From Myxococcota bacterium (GTDB lineage Bacteria > Myxococcota > JACRCW01): a stretch of 47,828 nucleotides of DNA. Below, in pieces: positions 1 to 9,833 of this stretch. The notes beneath the pieces were generated by a model that did no database searches, had not been told where the DNA came from, and saw only the letters and a program-made list of their open reading frames with translations. The DNA is taken from the NCBI GenBank assembly GCA_040752415.1, contig JBFMGU010000055.1, positions 1-47,828 of the forward strand, in the 5' to 3' direction. Each line of letters begins with the position of its first letter. Position 1 is the first letter of the stretch. The position numbers were made by a program, and so were the translations under genes.

Positions 1-318
1 CCGTGACAGCGCCGCCCGCGGCTGACCCTTGCCGGCCACCTGCCCCGCTCACGCAGTGCCGGCAACGGGCAGCCCCTACATTGCGGACCGCTCCTCCGTC
101 GCTTCGACCGCGTGAACGGGGACATGCGTGGACCGGTTTTCCGTCGTCGTCACAGCGCGGCCCGGGGCTGACCATTGCCGGCCATTGGGCCCACTCACGC
201 AGTGCCGGCAACGGGCAGCCCCTACATTGCTGGCCGGTCCTCCAGCGCGTTGAACCGCTGGGTCCGGTCGCATCGCGTGCCGTTTTCCGTCGTCATGACA
301 GCGCGGCCCCGGGCTGAC
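1..318. repeat. 146-bp tandem repeat (~2.2 units visible, probably continuing off the left edge), each full unit holding a GTAG-REP-like hairpin
   Basis: ctcacgcagtgccggcaacgggcagcccctacattgc is identical at 48-84 and 194-230. gttttccgtcgtc occurs at 136 and 282, and the acagcgc..gctgac segment starts at about 6, 152 and 298. Hairpin arms ggggctgaccattgccggc / gccggcaacgggcagcccc are followed by tac, i.e. GTAG on the minus strand. Confidence 0.85.
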
Positions 319-359
319 TTCTGACTTCCCTTTGACGAGAACCCCGGCGCTTCCACGCC

Positions 360-2375
360 CTAGAGGATGGACTTGAGCAGCGCGCGCACCGCGTGCGGGT
401 CGGCGAGCGTGAACCGAGCCTGGCTGGGCTTGGGCCCCACGTGCACGCTGAGGCCATGCTGCGGCAGCGCCGCGAACATGTCCTCGTCGGTGGTGTCGTC
501 GCCAAAGGCGGCCACGCCGGGCGGATCCCCGTGGCGCTGCAACAGCGGCGACACCACCGCGCCCTTGTGCACGCCGCGCAGCCGCACCTCCACCACCTTG
601 TCGGCCTGCAACAGCTCCACCGGCATGGTCCCGGTCAGCTCCTGCACACGCAGCCGCAACTGTTGCACCTGGAGCTGCGCATATCTCTGCTCGGCCTGGC
701 GGTAGTGCCACGCCAGCGAGCCGGTCTTCTCCTCGATGAACGTGTTGGGCGTGGCCGCGGTGAAATGCTGCAACACCTCCATGACCGGCCCCTTCCACGA
801 CGTGGCGGGGTCCTTGAGCGGCACCCAGGCGGCGTTGGCGTCCCCGCGCGACCAGAACCCGTGCTCCGCGTGCAGCCCGATGGGGAGATGCCCCAGCCAC
901 GCATCCAGGGACTCTCGCGTGCGCCCGCTGACGACGTGCACGTGGGTGCGGGCCCGTAGCGAAAGCGCGTGCAGGAGGTCCAGCAGCTCGCCGTCGGGCG
1001 CGGCCAGGCCGGGCGCGGCGGCAAAGGGCATAAGGGTGCCGTCGTAGTCCAGCATCAGCAGCAGCGTGGCGGCGTGGCGCAACGCCTGGCGCAACGTCTC
1101 CACCTCCGGAGCCAGGGAGGGCAGGCGCGCGCGCGGCCGTCCCCCCGGCGGCTTGCGACGCAGGTTGTCCACCAGCGAGGCCGCCCACATCGTGACGTCG
1201 TGGTCGGTCACCCGCTCACGCATCCGCGCCATGCGTTCCCGGCGTTCCGGTACCGGAAGCGCCACGGCGTGACCCATGGTCCGCGCCAGCGAGGTCACCG
1301 CGTAGGGATTGCACAACAGCGCGCCGCGCAGCTCCGGGACCGCGCCGGAGAACTCGCTGAGGACCACCACGCCGTCACCGTGCACGCGCGTGGCCACGTA
1401 CTCCTTGGCGCGCAGGTTCATGCCGTCGCGCGGCGGGGTCACGAGCAGGATGTCCGCGGCGTGGTACAGCGCGGCCAGCTCCCGCTCCGACGGCGAGGTC
1501 TCCACCAACGTGAGCGGCGACCAGGTGCGACGGGAGAACGCGTCGCGCAGCCGGCGCGTCAGCTCCCGCACCTGCACGCGACACCCGGCATCCTGCGAGG
1601 GCGGCCCGGGCGTGGCCACCTGCACGAGGTGGAAACGCCCCGCCAGCGAAGGAGCCGTGCGCAGCAGGTGATCAAGCGCCAGCAGCCGACGGGCGATGGT
1701 GCGACTCTCGTCGAGCGCGTCGATCCCCAGCAGCACCTGCACGTCCGCGCTGCCGCGCCACTCGCGGGACTCCTCCTGCACTGCGGGATCCCGCGCCAGC
1801 GCCTGCCAGCGCGCGGCGTCGACGGAGGCGGGGAACGCCGCCAGGTGGATCTCCCGTCCCTCCACCACCACGCGGTCGACATCCGCCTCCACGCCGAGCA
1901 CGTGTTTGACGGCGGAGGCGAGGTGACGCACGTGCTCCGCGGTCTGCAGCGCCACCAGGTCCGCGCCCAGCATCCCGGTCAGCACCTCCGCGCGCCAGGG
2001 CAGTACCCGGAAGATCTCCGACGAGGGGAAGGGGATGGAGAGCGAGAGGCCGACGCGCGCTTCCGGGATGCGCTCCCGCACCAGCGCGGGCAGGAGCAGC
2101 AGGGCGTGCTCATGGACCCAGATGAGATCACCACGTTGGTAGCGGGATGCCACGGCGTCGGCGGCGCGGCGGTTCACCTCCTGGTAGAGCTCCCACTGCG
2201 CGTGATCCAGCGGCACCCGGTCCAGCAGGTAGTGGAACACGGGCCAGAGCACCTCGTCGCAGAAGAGCTGGAAGTGCGCGGCCTCGTCGGGGAGCGGCCC
2301 GCAGGACACCTCCACCGCGCCGGGCACGGGAAGCGGGATGCGCGGCCGATACGTGGCGGACAACACGCGCAGCAT
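360..2375 (-). CDS. Trehalose-6-phosphate synthase/phosphatase fusion (GT20 OtsA-like + HAD OtsB); synthase domain degenerate
   Basis: GT20 motifs LWPVFHY, IPFPSSEIFR and DGMNLRAKEY. HAD motifs LDYDGTL, VSGR, AEHG, HKG and GDDTTDEDMF. Confidence 0.9.
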   Translation of the reverse strand: MLRVLSATYRPRIPLPVPGAVEVSCGPLPDEAAHFQLFCDEVLWPVFHYLLDRVPLDHAQWELYQEVNRRAADAVASRYQRGDLIWVHEHALLLLPALVRERIPEARVGLSLSIPFPSSEIFRVLPWRAEVLTGMLGADLVALQTAEHVRHLASAVKHVLGVEADVDRVVVEGREIHLAAFPASVDAARWQALARDPAVQEESREWRGSADVQVLLGIDALDESRTIARRLLALDHLLRTAPSLAGRFHLVQVATPGPPSQDAGCRVQVRELTRRLRDAFSRRTWSPLTLVETSPSERELAALYHAADILLVTPPRDGMNLRAKEYVATRVHGDGVVVLSEFSGAVPELRGALLCNPYAVTSLARTMGHAVALPVPERRERMARMRERVTDHDVTMWAASLVDNLRRKPPGGRPRARLPSLAPEVETLRQALRHAATLLLMLDYDGTLMPFAAAPGLAAPDGELLDLLHALSLRARTHVHVVSGRTRESLDAWLGHLPIGLHAEHGFWSRGDANAAWVPLKDPATSWKGPVMEVLQHFTAATPNTFIEEKTGSLAWHYRQAEQRYAQLQVQQLRLRVQELTGTMPVELLQADKVVEVRLRGVHKGAVVSPLLQRHGDPPGVAAFGDDTTDEDMFAALPQHGLSVHVGPKPSQARFTLADPHAVRALLKSIL

Positions 2376-2384
2376 GGCCTTCCT

Positions 2385-3353
2385 CTAACGGAGCTCCTCC
2401 CGCAGCGCGAGGCTGGGGTCCAGTTGCCAGAGCGCGCCGAACACGGCGCCGTGCATCTGGGCGTCGGTCCCCAACGCGGAGTGCAGCAGCAGCGGCACCA
2501 CGGGCAGCTCACGTTGCACGCGTTCCCGCACCGGCGTGAGGAAGAGCTCCCCACCCACCGCCGAGCCGCCGCCGAAGATGATGGCCTCCGGGTCCAGCAG
2601 CGCGGACATGTTGACCACCGCCATGGCCACGTGGTCGGCCACCTCGTCGGCGAGCTGGCGGAGGCGGGCGTCGCCCTGGGCCTGCTTGAAGAGCTCACCG
2701 GTATGCGACTCCCGGCCCGTGAGCTGCTTCATGCGCGCCCGCAGCGCCGGTCCGCCCACCAGCTGTTCCAGGTTGCCGTGCCCGCAGCGACCACCGCCGA
2801 GGTACTGCCGGCCCAGGATGAAGTTCCCCACCTCACCGGCGGCGTGATGGAAGCCCCGTCGGATGCGGCCGTTGATGACGATGCCCGCGCCCACGCCGGT
2901 CCCCAGCGCCAGGAAGATGAAGTTGTGCATCTCCCGCGCAATGCCGCGCCAGCGCTCTCCCAGCGCCGCGGCGTTGGCGTCCTGCTCCAGGAACACCGGC
3001 ACGTGGTGACGCCGCTGGAGGACCTCCCGGAGGGGAACGCGGTGCCAGCCCTCGAGGTTGCCGGCTTCCAGGACGAGGCCGCGGTCGACGTCGACCTGCC
3101 CGGGCACGGCGACGCCGAGGGCGCGGAGCGCGGAGCGGGGACGGGAGGCCTGCCGCAGCAGACAGCCCACCCCGTCATCCACGCCGGCAAGGACCGCCTC
3201 GGGTCCCTCACGCGCGGGGGTGGGAAAGCGGTGCACCGCCAGCGTCTCACCGTGGGCCAGGTCGGCGAGCATGAGCGCCACCTTGGTCCCACCAATGTCC
3301 ACGCCCACCACCACGCCGTCCGGATCCGCGCTCTCCGTCGGGGCCATGGACAT
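2385..3353 (-). CDS. ROK-family sugar kinase (glucokinase-like, no N-terminal HTH)
   Basis: GVDIGGTK, EQDANAAALGE, LGTGVGAG, AGEVG and LDPEAIIFGGG motifs. Ends 9 bp upstream of the TPS/TPP gene. Confidence 0.9.
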   Translation of the reverse strand: MSMAPTESADPDGVVVGVDIGGTKVALMLADLAHGETLAVHRFPTPAREGPEAVLAGVDDGVGCLLRQASRPRSALRALGVAVPGQVDVDRGLVLEAGNLEGWHRVPLREVLQRRHHVPVFLEQDANAAALGERWRGIAREMHNFIFLALGTGVGAGIVINGRIRRGFHHAAGEVGNFILGRQYLGGGRCGHGNLEQLVGGPALRARMKQLTGRESHTGELFKQAQGDARLRQLADEVADHVAMAVVNMSALLDPEAIIFGGGSAVGGELFLTPVRERVQRELPVVPLLLHSALGTDAQMHGAVFGALWQLDPSLALREELR

Positions 3354-3396
3354 CCATCTAGCGCCCGACGTCAGCGCGGGCCGCGCCCGCCCCAGG

Positions 3397-6300
3397 TCAC
3401 GCCGCCGTGAGCACGCGCCTCAGCGCGTCACGGAGGGTGTGGTCGTCGAAGGGCTTCTCCACGGTGGGCGCGACCCTCCGCTCCAGGAACTCCCGCGAGC
3501 GCGCGGTGAACGCGCCGCCGGTGATGAACACCATGCGCGCGGCCTGCGCGGGATCCAGCGCCCGCAGGCGCTCATGGAGCTCCATGCCGGTCATCTCGGG
3601 CATCATGAGGTCGCACAGGATGGCGTCGAAGCGCCGGCCGGCGGTGCACAGGGAGAGCGCCTCCGCGCCGCTCCCCACCGCATCCACCACGTGCTCCCGA
3701 CCCAGCATGCGCTTGAGCGCGGCCCCCACCGCGGGCTCGTCGTCGACCACGAGCACGCGCGCGTGGGGCGGCGGAGCGGCAACCACGCCGGTGGGCGCGG
3801 CCACGACGGGCGGCTGCTGCGCCGCGGGCAGGATCACGCGGAAGCAGGAGCCCTTCCCGGGCTGGCTCTCCACGGTCAGGTCTCCGCCCAGGCGCGTGAC
3901 GATGCCGTGACAGATGGGCAGCCCGAGCCCGGTGCCCACGCCCACCGCCTTGGTGGTGAAAAACGGGTCGAAGATGCGCGGCAGCGTCTCGGCGGGGATG
4001 CCGCAGCCGGTGTCGCGCACCTCGATGATGGCCTTGCCGGCGCCGGTGCGGGTGGTGACGGTGATGCGGTTGCGGTCCACGGCGCCCTCGGGGATGGACT
4101 GCGCGGCGTTGACCAGCAGGTTCAACATCACCTGGCCCAGGCGCGACTCACTGGCCAGCACCGGCGGTACGTCGTGGTAGTCGCGGACCAGCTGCGCGCG
4201 GTGGCGGATCTCATTCTGCGCCATGCTGATGGACGACTCGATCACGGCGCACACGGCCACCGGACCGGTGCGCTCATCCACGTCATGGCGGGAGAAGATC
4301 TTGAGGTCCTGGACAATGCGTCGCACGCGCTCACCGCCGGTGCGGGCGTCCTCCAATCCCTGCACCAGGTCGGCCAGCGCCGCGGTGGCGGGCAGCTCGC
4401 GCAGCTGCTCCAGCGCGTAGTTCACGTTGGCCAGCACGAAGGCAAGCGGGTTGTTGATCTCATGCGCCACGCCGGCGGCCAACGTGCCCACCGAGGCCAT
4501 GCGGTCGGAGAGCGCCAGCTTCTGCTCGATCTCCCGCTGCTCGGTGATGTCGCGGGCGAAGATGAGGGAGGCCGGCGCACCGTCGAACTCGATGCCCATG
4601 GTGGTGGTCTCCGCCAGGCCCACGGTGCCGTCGCGCCGCAGGAAACGCGTGACCCGCAGCGGCATGCGCGAGCCGCTGACCGCCTCCCTGGCACGACGCA
4701 CCGCCTCCTCGTGCTCGTCGGGGTGGACGAACTCCAGCAGGGAGCGGCCCAGGAACTCGCCGGGGGAGGAATAGCGCAGCAGCGAGGCCATCTCCGTGTT
4801 GCAGTAGATGAAGCGGCCCTGCCGGTGGATGGCCACCACGACGGGAATCTGGTCCAGCACCGCGCGGAACTGGGTCTCCGAGCGCGCGAACGCGGTCTCC
4901 ACCTGGCGCAACCCGGTGACGTCCTCGGCCACCAGCAGGAGCGCGTCGCCGCCTTCCGGCGGATGGATGGGCACCACGCGGCTCTGGAACCAGCGTGTCC
5001 CGCTCCCGTGGAGGTGGATCACCTGGTCCGCCACGCCGTGGACCGAGGAACGCGCGGCCCCCAGCAGGTCCGCCAGGACACCTTGGGGACCGTGCAGCTG
5101 CAGGGCGGAACGGTTGGCCAGCAACGGCGTGCCGTCCCGCATCACCGCCACCGCGGCGGGAATGGCGTCGACGACACTGCGCAGGAAGCGCTCACTCTCC
5201 ACCACGGCGCGGCGCGCGCGCACGGACTCGCTGACGTCGCGGAAGGTCCAGATGCGACCGTGGTGGTTGCCGTCGTCGTCGCGCACCGGCGCGCTGTAGC
5301 GGTCCAGCACGCGCCCGTCCTTCAGCACCAGCTCGTCGTGGAGGCGCAGGTCCGGCTGGGCGGCCACCTTCTGGAGACCCACCCGGAAGGCCTCCGGCTC
5401 CAGCAGCATCTCCTGCAACGCCTCCATGACCGCGTGGTCACCCGCGGCCAGCACTTCCGGACGGAGGCTCCACATCTGGCGGAAGTGCCGGTTGTGGTTG
5501 GTGACGCGCCCGTCGTTGGAGACCACCAGGATGGCATCGGGGGAGGCTTCCCGCTGGGCATGGAGCAGCGCGTTCTGGTAGCGCAGCCGTTCCTCGGTCT
5601 CCTTGCGGTCGGTGATGTCGGTGTTGACGCCAAAGAGACGGACCAGCGCACCATGGGCGTCGCGCTGGGCATGGATGCGCATCACCATCCACCGGTACGA
5701 GCCGTCACCGTGGAGCACGCGCCCTTCCAGCTCCACGCGGTTGTGATCCGGGGGAAGGCCCGCCAGCGCGGCCTCGATCTTCGGGATGTCCTCGGGGTGC
5801 ACCAGGTGGGTCAGGTCCGTGCCGACGAGCTTGTCCGGGTCATGGCCCATGCGCCGCATCGCCTCGTCGGCGAAGATGGTGGTGCCGGTGGCCACGTCGG
5901 TCTCCCACAGCCCGTCGGTGGCGGACTGCATGACCAGGCCCAGGCGCTCCGCGGCGTCGCGCGCCTCGCGCGTGGCGGTGACGTCGACGGCAACGGCGAT
6001 CACACCTTCCACGCCGCCGGGACCAAGCAGCGGCTGACCCGTCACGTGCATCACGCGACCCGCGAGGTGGATCTCGACGGAGGCGGGGACGCCCGCGAGG
6101 ACCCGGTCCAGGCAGCGCAGGCCTTCCGCCTGGTCCGCGTAGAGCTCGCGCAGGGACTGGCCCACCAGCTGACCGGGCTGAAGTCCCAGTGCGGCCAGGC
6201 CCGCGCCCTCCGAGAGCGTGATGATGCCCTGCGCGTCCGCCGAGAACAGGATGATGGGCGCGTGGTTCACGACCATGGAGAGCTGTTCCGCCAGCTTGCG

Positions 6301-7014
6301 CGCCGTCACCTCGGAGGCGCGCGCCTGGCTGATGTCCAGGGAGATCCCCACGGCGCCGACGACCTGGTCATGCAACCGCAGCGGCGCGACGGCCAGGTGT
6401 GCCGCCTGCTTCTCGGACTGAAGTCGGACGTACCCTTCTTGTCCCGCCAGCGCCGCGCGCAGCACCGCCACCGCATCCGGGAACGCGCGCACCATGTCCC
6501 AGACGCTCCGACCCACCAGGGTGTCCACGGGATGTCCGCCGAAGGACCGGCCGTGGTTGCCGAAGAAGACGCGCAGCACGCCCTCCCGGTCCAGCATGAA
6601 GCACTCCGCGGGAAGCTGCTGGAGGATGGGCCCCAGCGTGGTCTTGAGCGAGCGGCCCACCTCGTCCAGGGAATGCGGCTCCTCCCGACCACTCCAGATG
6701 AAGCGTCCCGCGGGCATCTTGCGGATGCGCCAACGCATGCTCCGCGCGGAGCCCGCCACGTCGAAAACCGCGCACACCTCGGCGGTGACGCCGTCCCGCG
6801 CCTGGGTCAGCGCCGCGGTCATCCGTGCATGATCGGCGGGCCGCACCAGCGTCGTCACCGCCCCACCCCGCGCCCGCGGCGTCAGGCCCAGGGTCTCCTC
6901 GCACGCCGGGTTCAGCTCAAGGAGCGTGCCGTGCTCGTCGGTGATCAGCAAAGGGTCGGGACAGCACGAGAACACCCCTGACTCGGCGACGCCAGCCTCC
7001 GGTGACTGCGACAT
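3397..7014 (-). CDS. Soluble multi-PAS hybrid sensor histidine kinase / response regulator
   Basis: About 6-7 PAS/PAC-like segments (VHPED, DITDRK, DITEQR), His[10 protein letters not shown], HATPase [24 protein letters not shown] and a C-terminal REC (VVDDE, CDLMMP, KPF). No transmembrane segment seen. Confidence 0.95.
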   Translation of the reverse strand: MSQSPEAGVAESGVFSCCPDPLLITDEHGTLLELNPACEETLGLTPRARGGAVTTLVRPADHARMTAALTQARDGVTAEVCAVFDVAGSARSMRWRIRKMPAGRFIWSGREEPHSLDEVGRSLKTTLGPILQQLPAECFMLDREGVLRVFFGNHGRSFGGHPVDTLVGRSVWDMVRAFPDAVAVLRAALAGQEGYVRLQSEKQAAHLAVAPLRLHDQVVGAVGISLDISQARASEVTARKLAEQLSMVVNHAPIILFSADAQGIITLSEGAGLAALGLQPGQLVGQSLRELYADQAEGLRCLDRVLAGVPASVEIHLAGRVMHVTGQPLLGPGGVEGVIAVAVDVTATREARDAAERLGLVMQSATDGLWETDVATGTTIFADEAMRRMGHDPDKLVGTDLTHLVHPEDIPKIEAALAGLPPDHNRVELEGRVLHGDGSYRWMVMRIHAQRDAHGALVRLFGVNTDITDRKETEERLRYQNALLHAQREASPDAILVVSNDGRVTNHNRHFRQMWSLRPEVLAAGDHAVMEALQEMLLEPEAFRVGLQKVAAQPDLRLHDELVLKDGRVLDRYSAPVRDDDGNHHGRIWTFRDVSESVRARRAVVESERFLRSVVDAIPAAVAVMRDGTPLLANRSALQLHGPQGVLADLLGAARSSVHGVADQVIHLHGSGTRWFQSRVVPIHPPEGGDALLLVAEDVTGLRQVETAFARSETQFRAVLDQIPVVVAIHRQGRFIYCNTEMASLLRYSSPGEFLGRSLLEFVHPDEHEEAVRRAREAVSGSRMPLRVTRFLRRDGTVGLAETTTMGIEFDGAPASLIFARDITEQREIEQKLALSDRMASVGTLAAGVAHEINNPLAFVLANVNYALEQLRELPATAALADLVQGLEDARTGGERVRRIVQDLKIFSRHDVDERTGPVAVCAVIESSISMAQNEIRHRAQLVRDYHDVPPVLASESRLGQVMLNLLVNAAQSIPEGAVDRNRITVTTRTGAGKAIIEVRDTGCGIPAETLPRIFDPFFTTKAVGVGTGLGLPICHGIVTRLGGDLTVESQPGKGSCFRVILPAAQQPPVVAAPTGVVAAPPPHARVLVVDDEPAVGAALKRMLGREHVVDAVGSGAEALSLCTAGRRFDAILCDLMMPEMTGMELHERLRALDPAQAARMVFITGGAFTARSREFLERRVAPTVEKPFDDHTLRDALRRVLTAA

Positions 7015-7139
7015 TCCAAACCCTCCACGCGGGGAATCGGCACGTTCCGCGCGGAAATTGAGGGCGCCGTCGCGGGGGGATCCTGATCCCAGTGGGCCGG
7101 GGTGGGCGCGAATCGCGGAGATGACGTCGTCCGCGGGCC

Positions 7140-8951
7140 TCAGCGGAGGTGTGCGCGGTAGCGCTCGCGCAGGCGGTCATCCAGGAGCACCTCCCCGCAC
7201 TCACCCAGCACGGTGGCAATCTCCTGCAGCGCGCCGGTGAGGTCGCTGAAGGCCGCATCGGCGTAGCGCTGGGGGTCCATGGCGTCGCGGGTGTGGTCCA
7301 GGGCTTCCAGCACCTCGGCGCGCGTGGCGTCGCGGGTGAGCCCGAGGATCTGGAAGTAGTCCGCTTCCCGACACCGGGTGCGCATCTCCAGGATGCGGGA
7401 CCGGTCGATCTCCACCTCACCGCGCGCGCCGGCGGGACGCACGCCCTCCAGGCCGCGGGCGGAGATCTGCGCCGCGTCCACGGTCACGAGGAGGAACGCC
7501 ACCTGGTAGACGGTCTCCTCGTGCACGCCCATGGAGAGCACCGCGTCCTCCAGGGTGTGCGCGCCATCCAACGCGCCGGCGGCGCGCACCTCCGCCTCAC
7601 GCAGACCCAGGCGGGCGAGGTCCACGCCCTCGACGGGCGTGATGATGGTGGAGGGACCACCCAGCAGCGGCAGGATGCGCTCCAGCGGATACTTGCGCTT
7701 GATGGCGCGCCACAACAGCTGCTCGGGGCGTTCATCCAGGGCCACGCGCTCGGCGTCGGAGATCTTGTCCGGGATGAAACGGAAGCGCCCTTCCGCGAGC
7801 TCACAGAGCGCCAGCACGCGGTCCTTGAGGTGCTCGCGGGTGAGCAGGAAGACCTCGCGCGGCTTGAGCAGGCCCTCCTCCGCCAGCGCGGCGGCGAGCC
7901 GACGGGGTGAGGCCAGGTTCTTCACGCGCGCCTGCGTGGCCTGCGCGGCGCTGATGAGGCCACGCGCGTGCAGGAACTCCTCCATGCGGTCCTGGCGCAA
8001 GCGGCTGCGCAGGTAGACGGGGTGTCCCTCCTCGAGGAAGAGCTGGCGTTCAGGCTCGCCCTCGTCGTGGATGTCGCGGTGCAGGTCCAGCCGGCCGGTC
8101 ACCGCCTGGGACATGCAGGCCCACAGGAGGCTGGGGAACTGACCCTCCTCGAAGCGCCCCTCCGACGGAGAGAGCATCCTGATGGGTGCGGCGGAGCCCA
8201 GCTTTCCCGTCGGGGAACGGGTTTCCGCGGCGGCGCGCGCAGGCGGCTCCACGCGGGCCACCGCCGGAGGATGCCAGGTGGCGGCGGATGGCTCGGCGCG
8301 CGGCGCGCGGGGCCGGGGCGGCGGCTCCGACGAGGAGTGGAGGCGCGTGGCGGCGTCCTCCAGGTCCAGACGCGCCATGACCTGGCTGAGGTCCTGCGCG
8401 CTGGTGGGCTCCTCCACGGGCTCACCCACGCTCAACCGGCGCGGCATGCGCGTGAGTCGGCGCCGGGTGATGATGCCCTCCTCCTCCAGCGACGCGCGCG
8501 ACTCCCTTGGCGGCGCCTCCTCCCCGAGCAAATCCCCGGGACCGGGAATGATCTCGTCGGGGGGATGGCGGGACAGGACGTCGGCGCCCAGGTAGTCGGC
8601 CACGCGCTCCAGCAGCTCCGCAGCGGAGAGTGGGCGCACCAGGAAGTAGTCACCGCCGCGTCCCAGCGCGTCGGTGGCGCTGCGCACCGTCTCCCCTCCG
8701 CTGCCCAGGAACACCACCGGCACCGTGGCGCTGTCGGGCACCGCGCGCAGCGCCTCCACGCCGGCAAGCACCGCACGCTCACCCGAGCACAGGTCCACGA
8801 GCAGCAGGTTGGGACGCCAGCGCGCAAACGCCTCCGGCAGGGGCGTGGCCGGGCCCGTCACGTTCAACCCCACGTCCACGCTGCGCAGCGTGGTGCGGAC
8901 GGCGGCCTCCAGCGCCGCGTCGTCGGTCACCAGCAGGACACTGCCAAGCAT
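7140..8951 (-). CDS. Myxobacterial-type atypical receiver + DUF4388-like + degenerate DnaJ-like domain protein
   Basis: N-terminal VLLVTDD..LLLVDL..DYFLVRP, a Pro-rich linker, TGRL..LFLEEGHPV..GRFRF (DUF4388-like) and C-terminal DYFQILGL. ATG 8951 is preferred over the longer ORF start at 9023. Confidence 0.75.
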   Translation of the reverse strand: MLGSVLLVTDDAALEAAVRTTLRSVDVGLNVTGPATPLPEAFARWRPNLLLVDLCSGERAVLAGVEALRAVPDSATVPVVFLGSGGETVRSATDALGRGGDYFLVRPLSAAELLERVADYLGADVLSRHPPDEIIPGPGDLLGEEAPPRESRASLEEEGIITRRRLTRMPRRLSVGEPVEEPTSAQDLSQVMARLDLEDAATRLHSSSEPPPRPRAPRAEPSAATWHPPAVARVEPPARAAAETRSPTGKLGSAAPIRMLSPSEGRFEEGQFPSLLWACMSQAVTGRLDLHRDIHDEGEPERQLFLEEGHPVYLRSRLRQDRMEEFLHARGLISAAQATQARVKNLASPRRLAAALAEEGLLKPREVFLLTREHLKDRVLALCELAEGRFRFIPDKISDAERVALDERPEQLLWRAIKRKYPLERILPLLGGPSTIITPVEGVDLARLGLREAEVRAAGALDGAHTLEDAVLSMGVHEETVYQVAFLLVTVDAAQISARGLEGVRPAGARGEVEIDRSRILEMRTRCREADYFQILGLTRDATRAEVLEALDHTRDAMDPQRYADAAFSDLTGALQEIATVLGECGEVLLDDRLRERYRAHLR

Positions 8952-9032
8952 GCGCGCGAGCCTAACGCCGGCGCACCCGAGGGGGCCAGAATCCCGCCAC
9001 GCCCTCCTCGCCGGCGCTGCCACGCCGCGGCA

Positions 9033-9812
9033 TCAGGCGTCATCCGACGCGGTCCCGGACGCTTCCGGCCCCTGCAGCACACCCACCGCCTGGCTCACGA
9101 GGTAACCGAACACCGTCACGCCATACGCGGACATGATGATGCTGAGCAGGCGCCCGGCAAACGTGACCGGTTCGATGTTGGCGTTCATGGTGACGGCGAT
9201 GGACGCACTCCAGAACAAGGCGTCGCTCCAGTTGCGAATCACGCTTCCCGGCGCGTCGCGCTCCAGGAAGAGGATGCCGGTGGCAGCCACCAGGACCACA
9301 AAGCCGGTCAGCAGGACGACGTAACCCAGCCGGCTGCGGCGACTGAAGCGCGCCAGGCCGTGCGCACCGCGGTGCACCACCTCCCCCAGCTCCAGCAGGT
9401 AGGTGAGCCGCAGCGCCTCGAGCACGCGCACCGCCTCGAGCGCCCGGAAGACCCGCAACATCGGGACCATGAGGACCAGGACGTCAAACCAATGGCGGCG
9501 GAGGAAACGACGTCGATCCGAAGCGATGAGCCACCGCAGCGCGAATTCCACGATAAAGAGCGACCAGATCGCGAGCGTGGACTCCTCCAGCCATGCCCGA
9601 GCCGGCGCGTCCGGGCCCAGCGACACATCCGCGATGACCAGCCCGAAGAACACCAGGGAAAGGATGGCCATCGGCACGTCGAGGGTTCGCGCCACGCGCC
9701 GCGCGAGCTCCATGCGATCGATGCCCATGAGCGCATCTTGTTCATCCGCGGGGATACCCGCCACCGCCTGCTGAGCACCACGGCTGTCCCAGTCCGCGTC
9801 CGCGGCGAGCAC
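9033..9812 (-). CDS. Ion transporter / K+-channel-like membrane protein with non-canonical filter (start uncertain; ATG 9728 possible)
   Basis: IWSLFIVEFALR, WFDVL, S4-like RVFRAL..R..RL, WSDALFW pore helix, P-V-T-F-A-GR and an inner helix. Confidence 0.8.
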   Translation of the reverse strand: MLAADADWDSRGAQQAVAGIPADEQDALMGIDRMELARRVARTLDVPMAILSLVFFGLVIADVSLGPDAPARAWLEESTLAIWSLFIVEFALRWLIASDRRRFLRRHWFDVLVLMVPMLRVFRALEAVRVLEALRLTYLLELGEVVHRGAHGLARFSRRSRLGYVVLLTGFVVLVAATGILFLERDAPGSVIRNWSDALFWSASIAVTMNANIEPVTFAGRLLSIIMSAYGVTVFGYLVSQAVGVLQGPEASGTASDDA

Positions 9813-9833
9813 ACGACGGAACGCGGTGGGCCC

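Noticed and set aside
48..230. CRISPR array (37-bp identical repeats)
   Set aside because: The intervening 109-bp segments are too long and homologous to each other, and no cas genes are present. A REP-like tandem repeat fits better.
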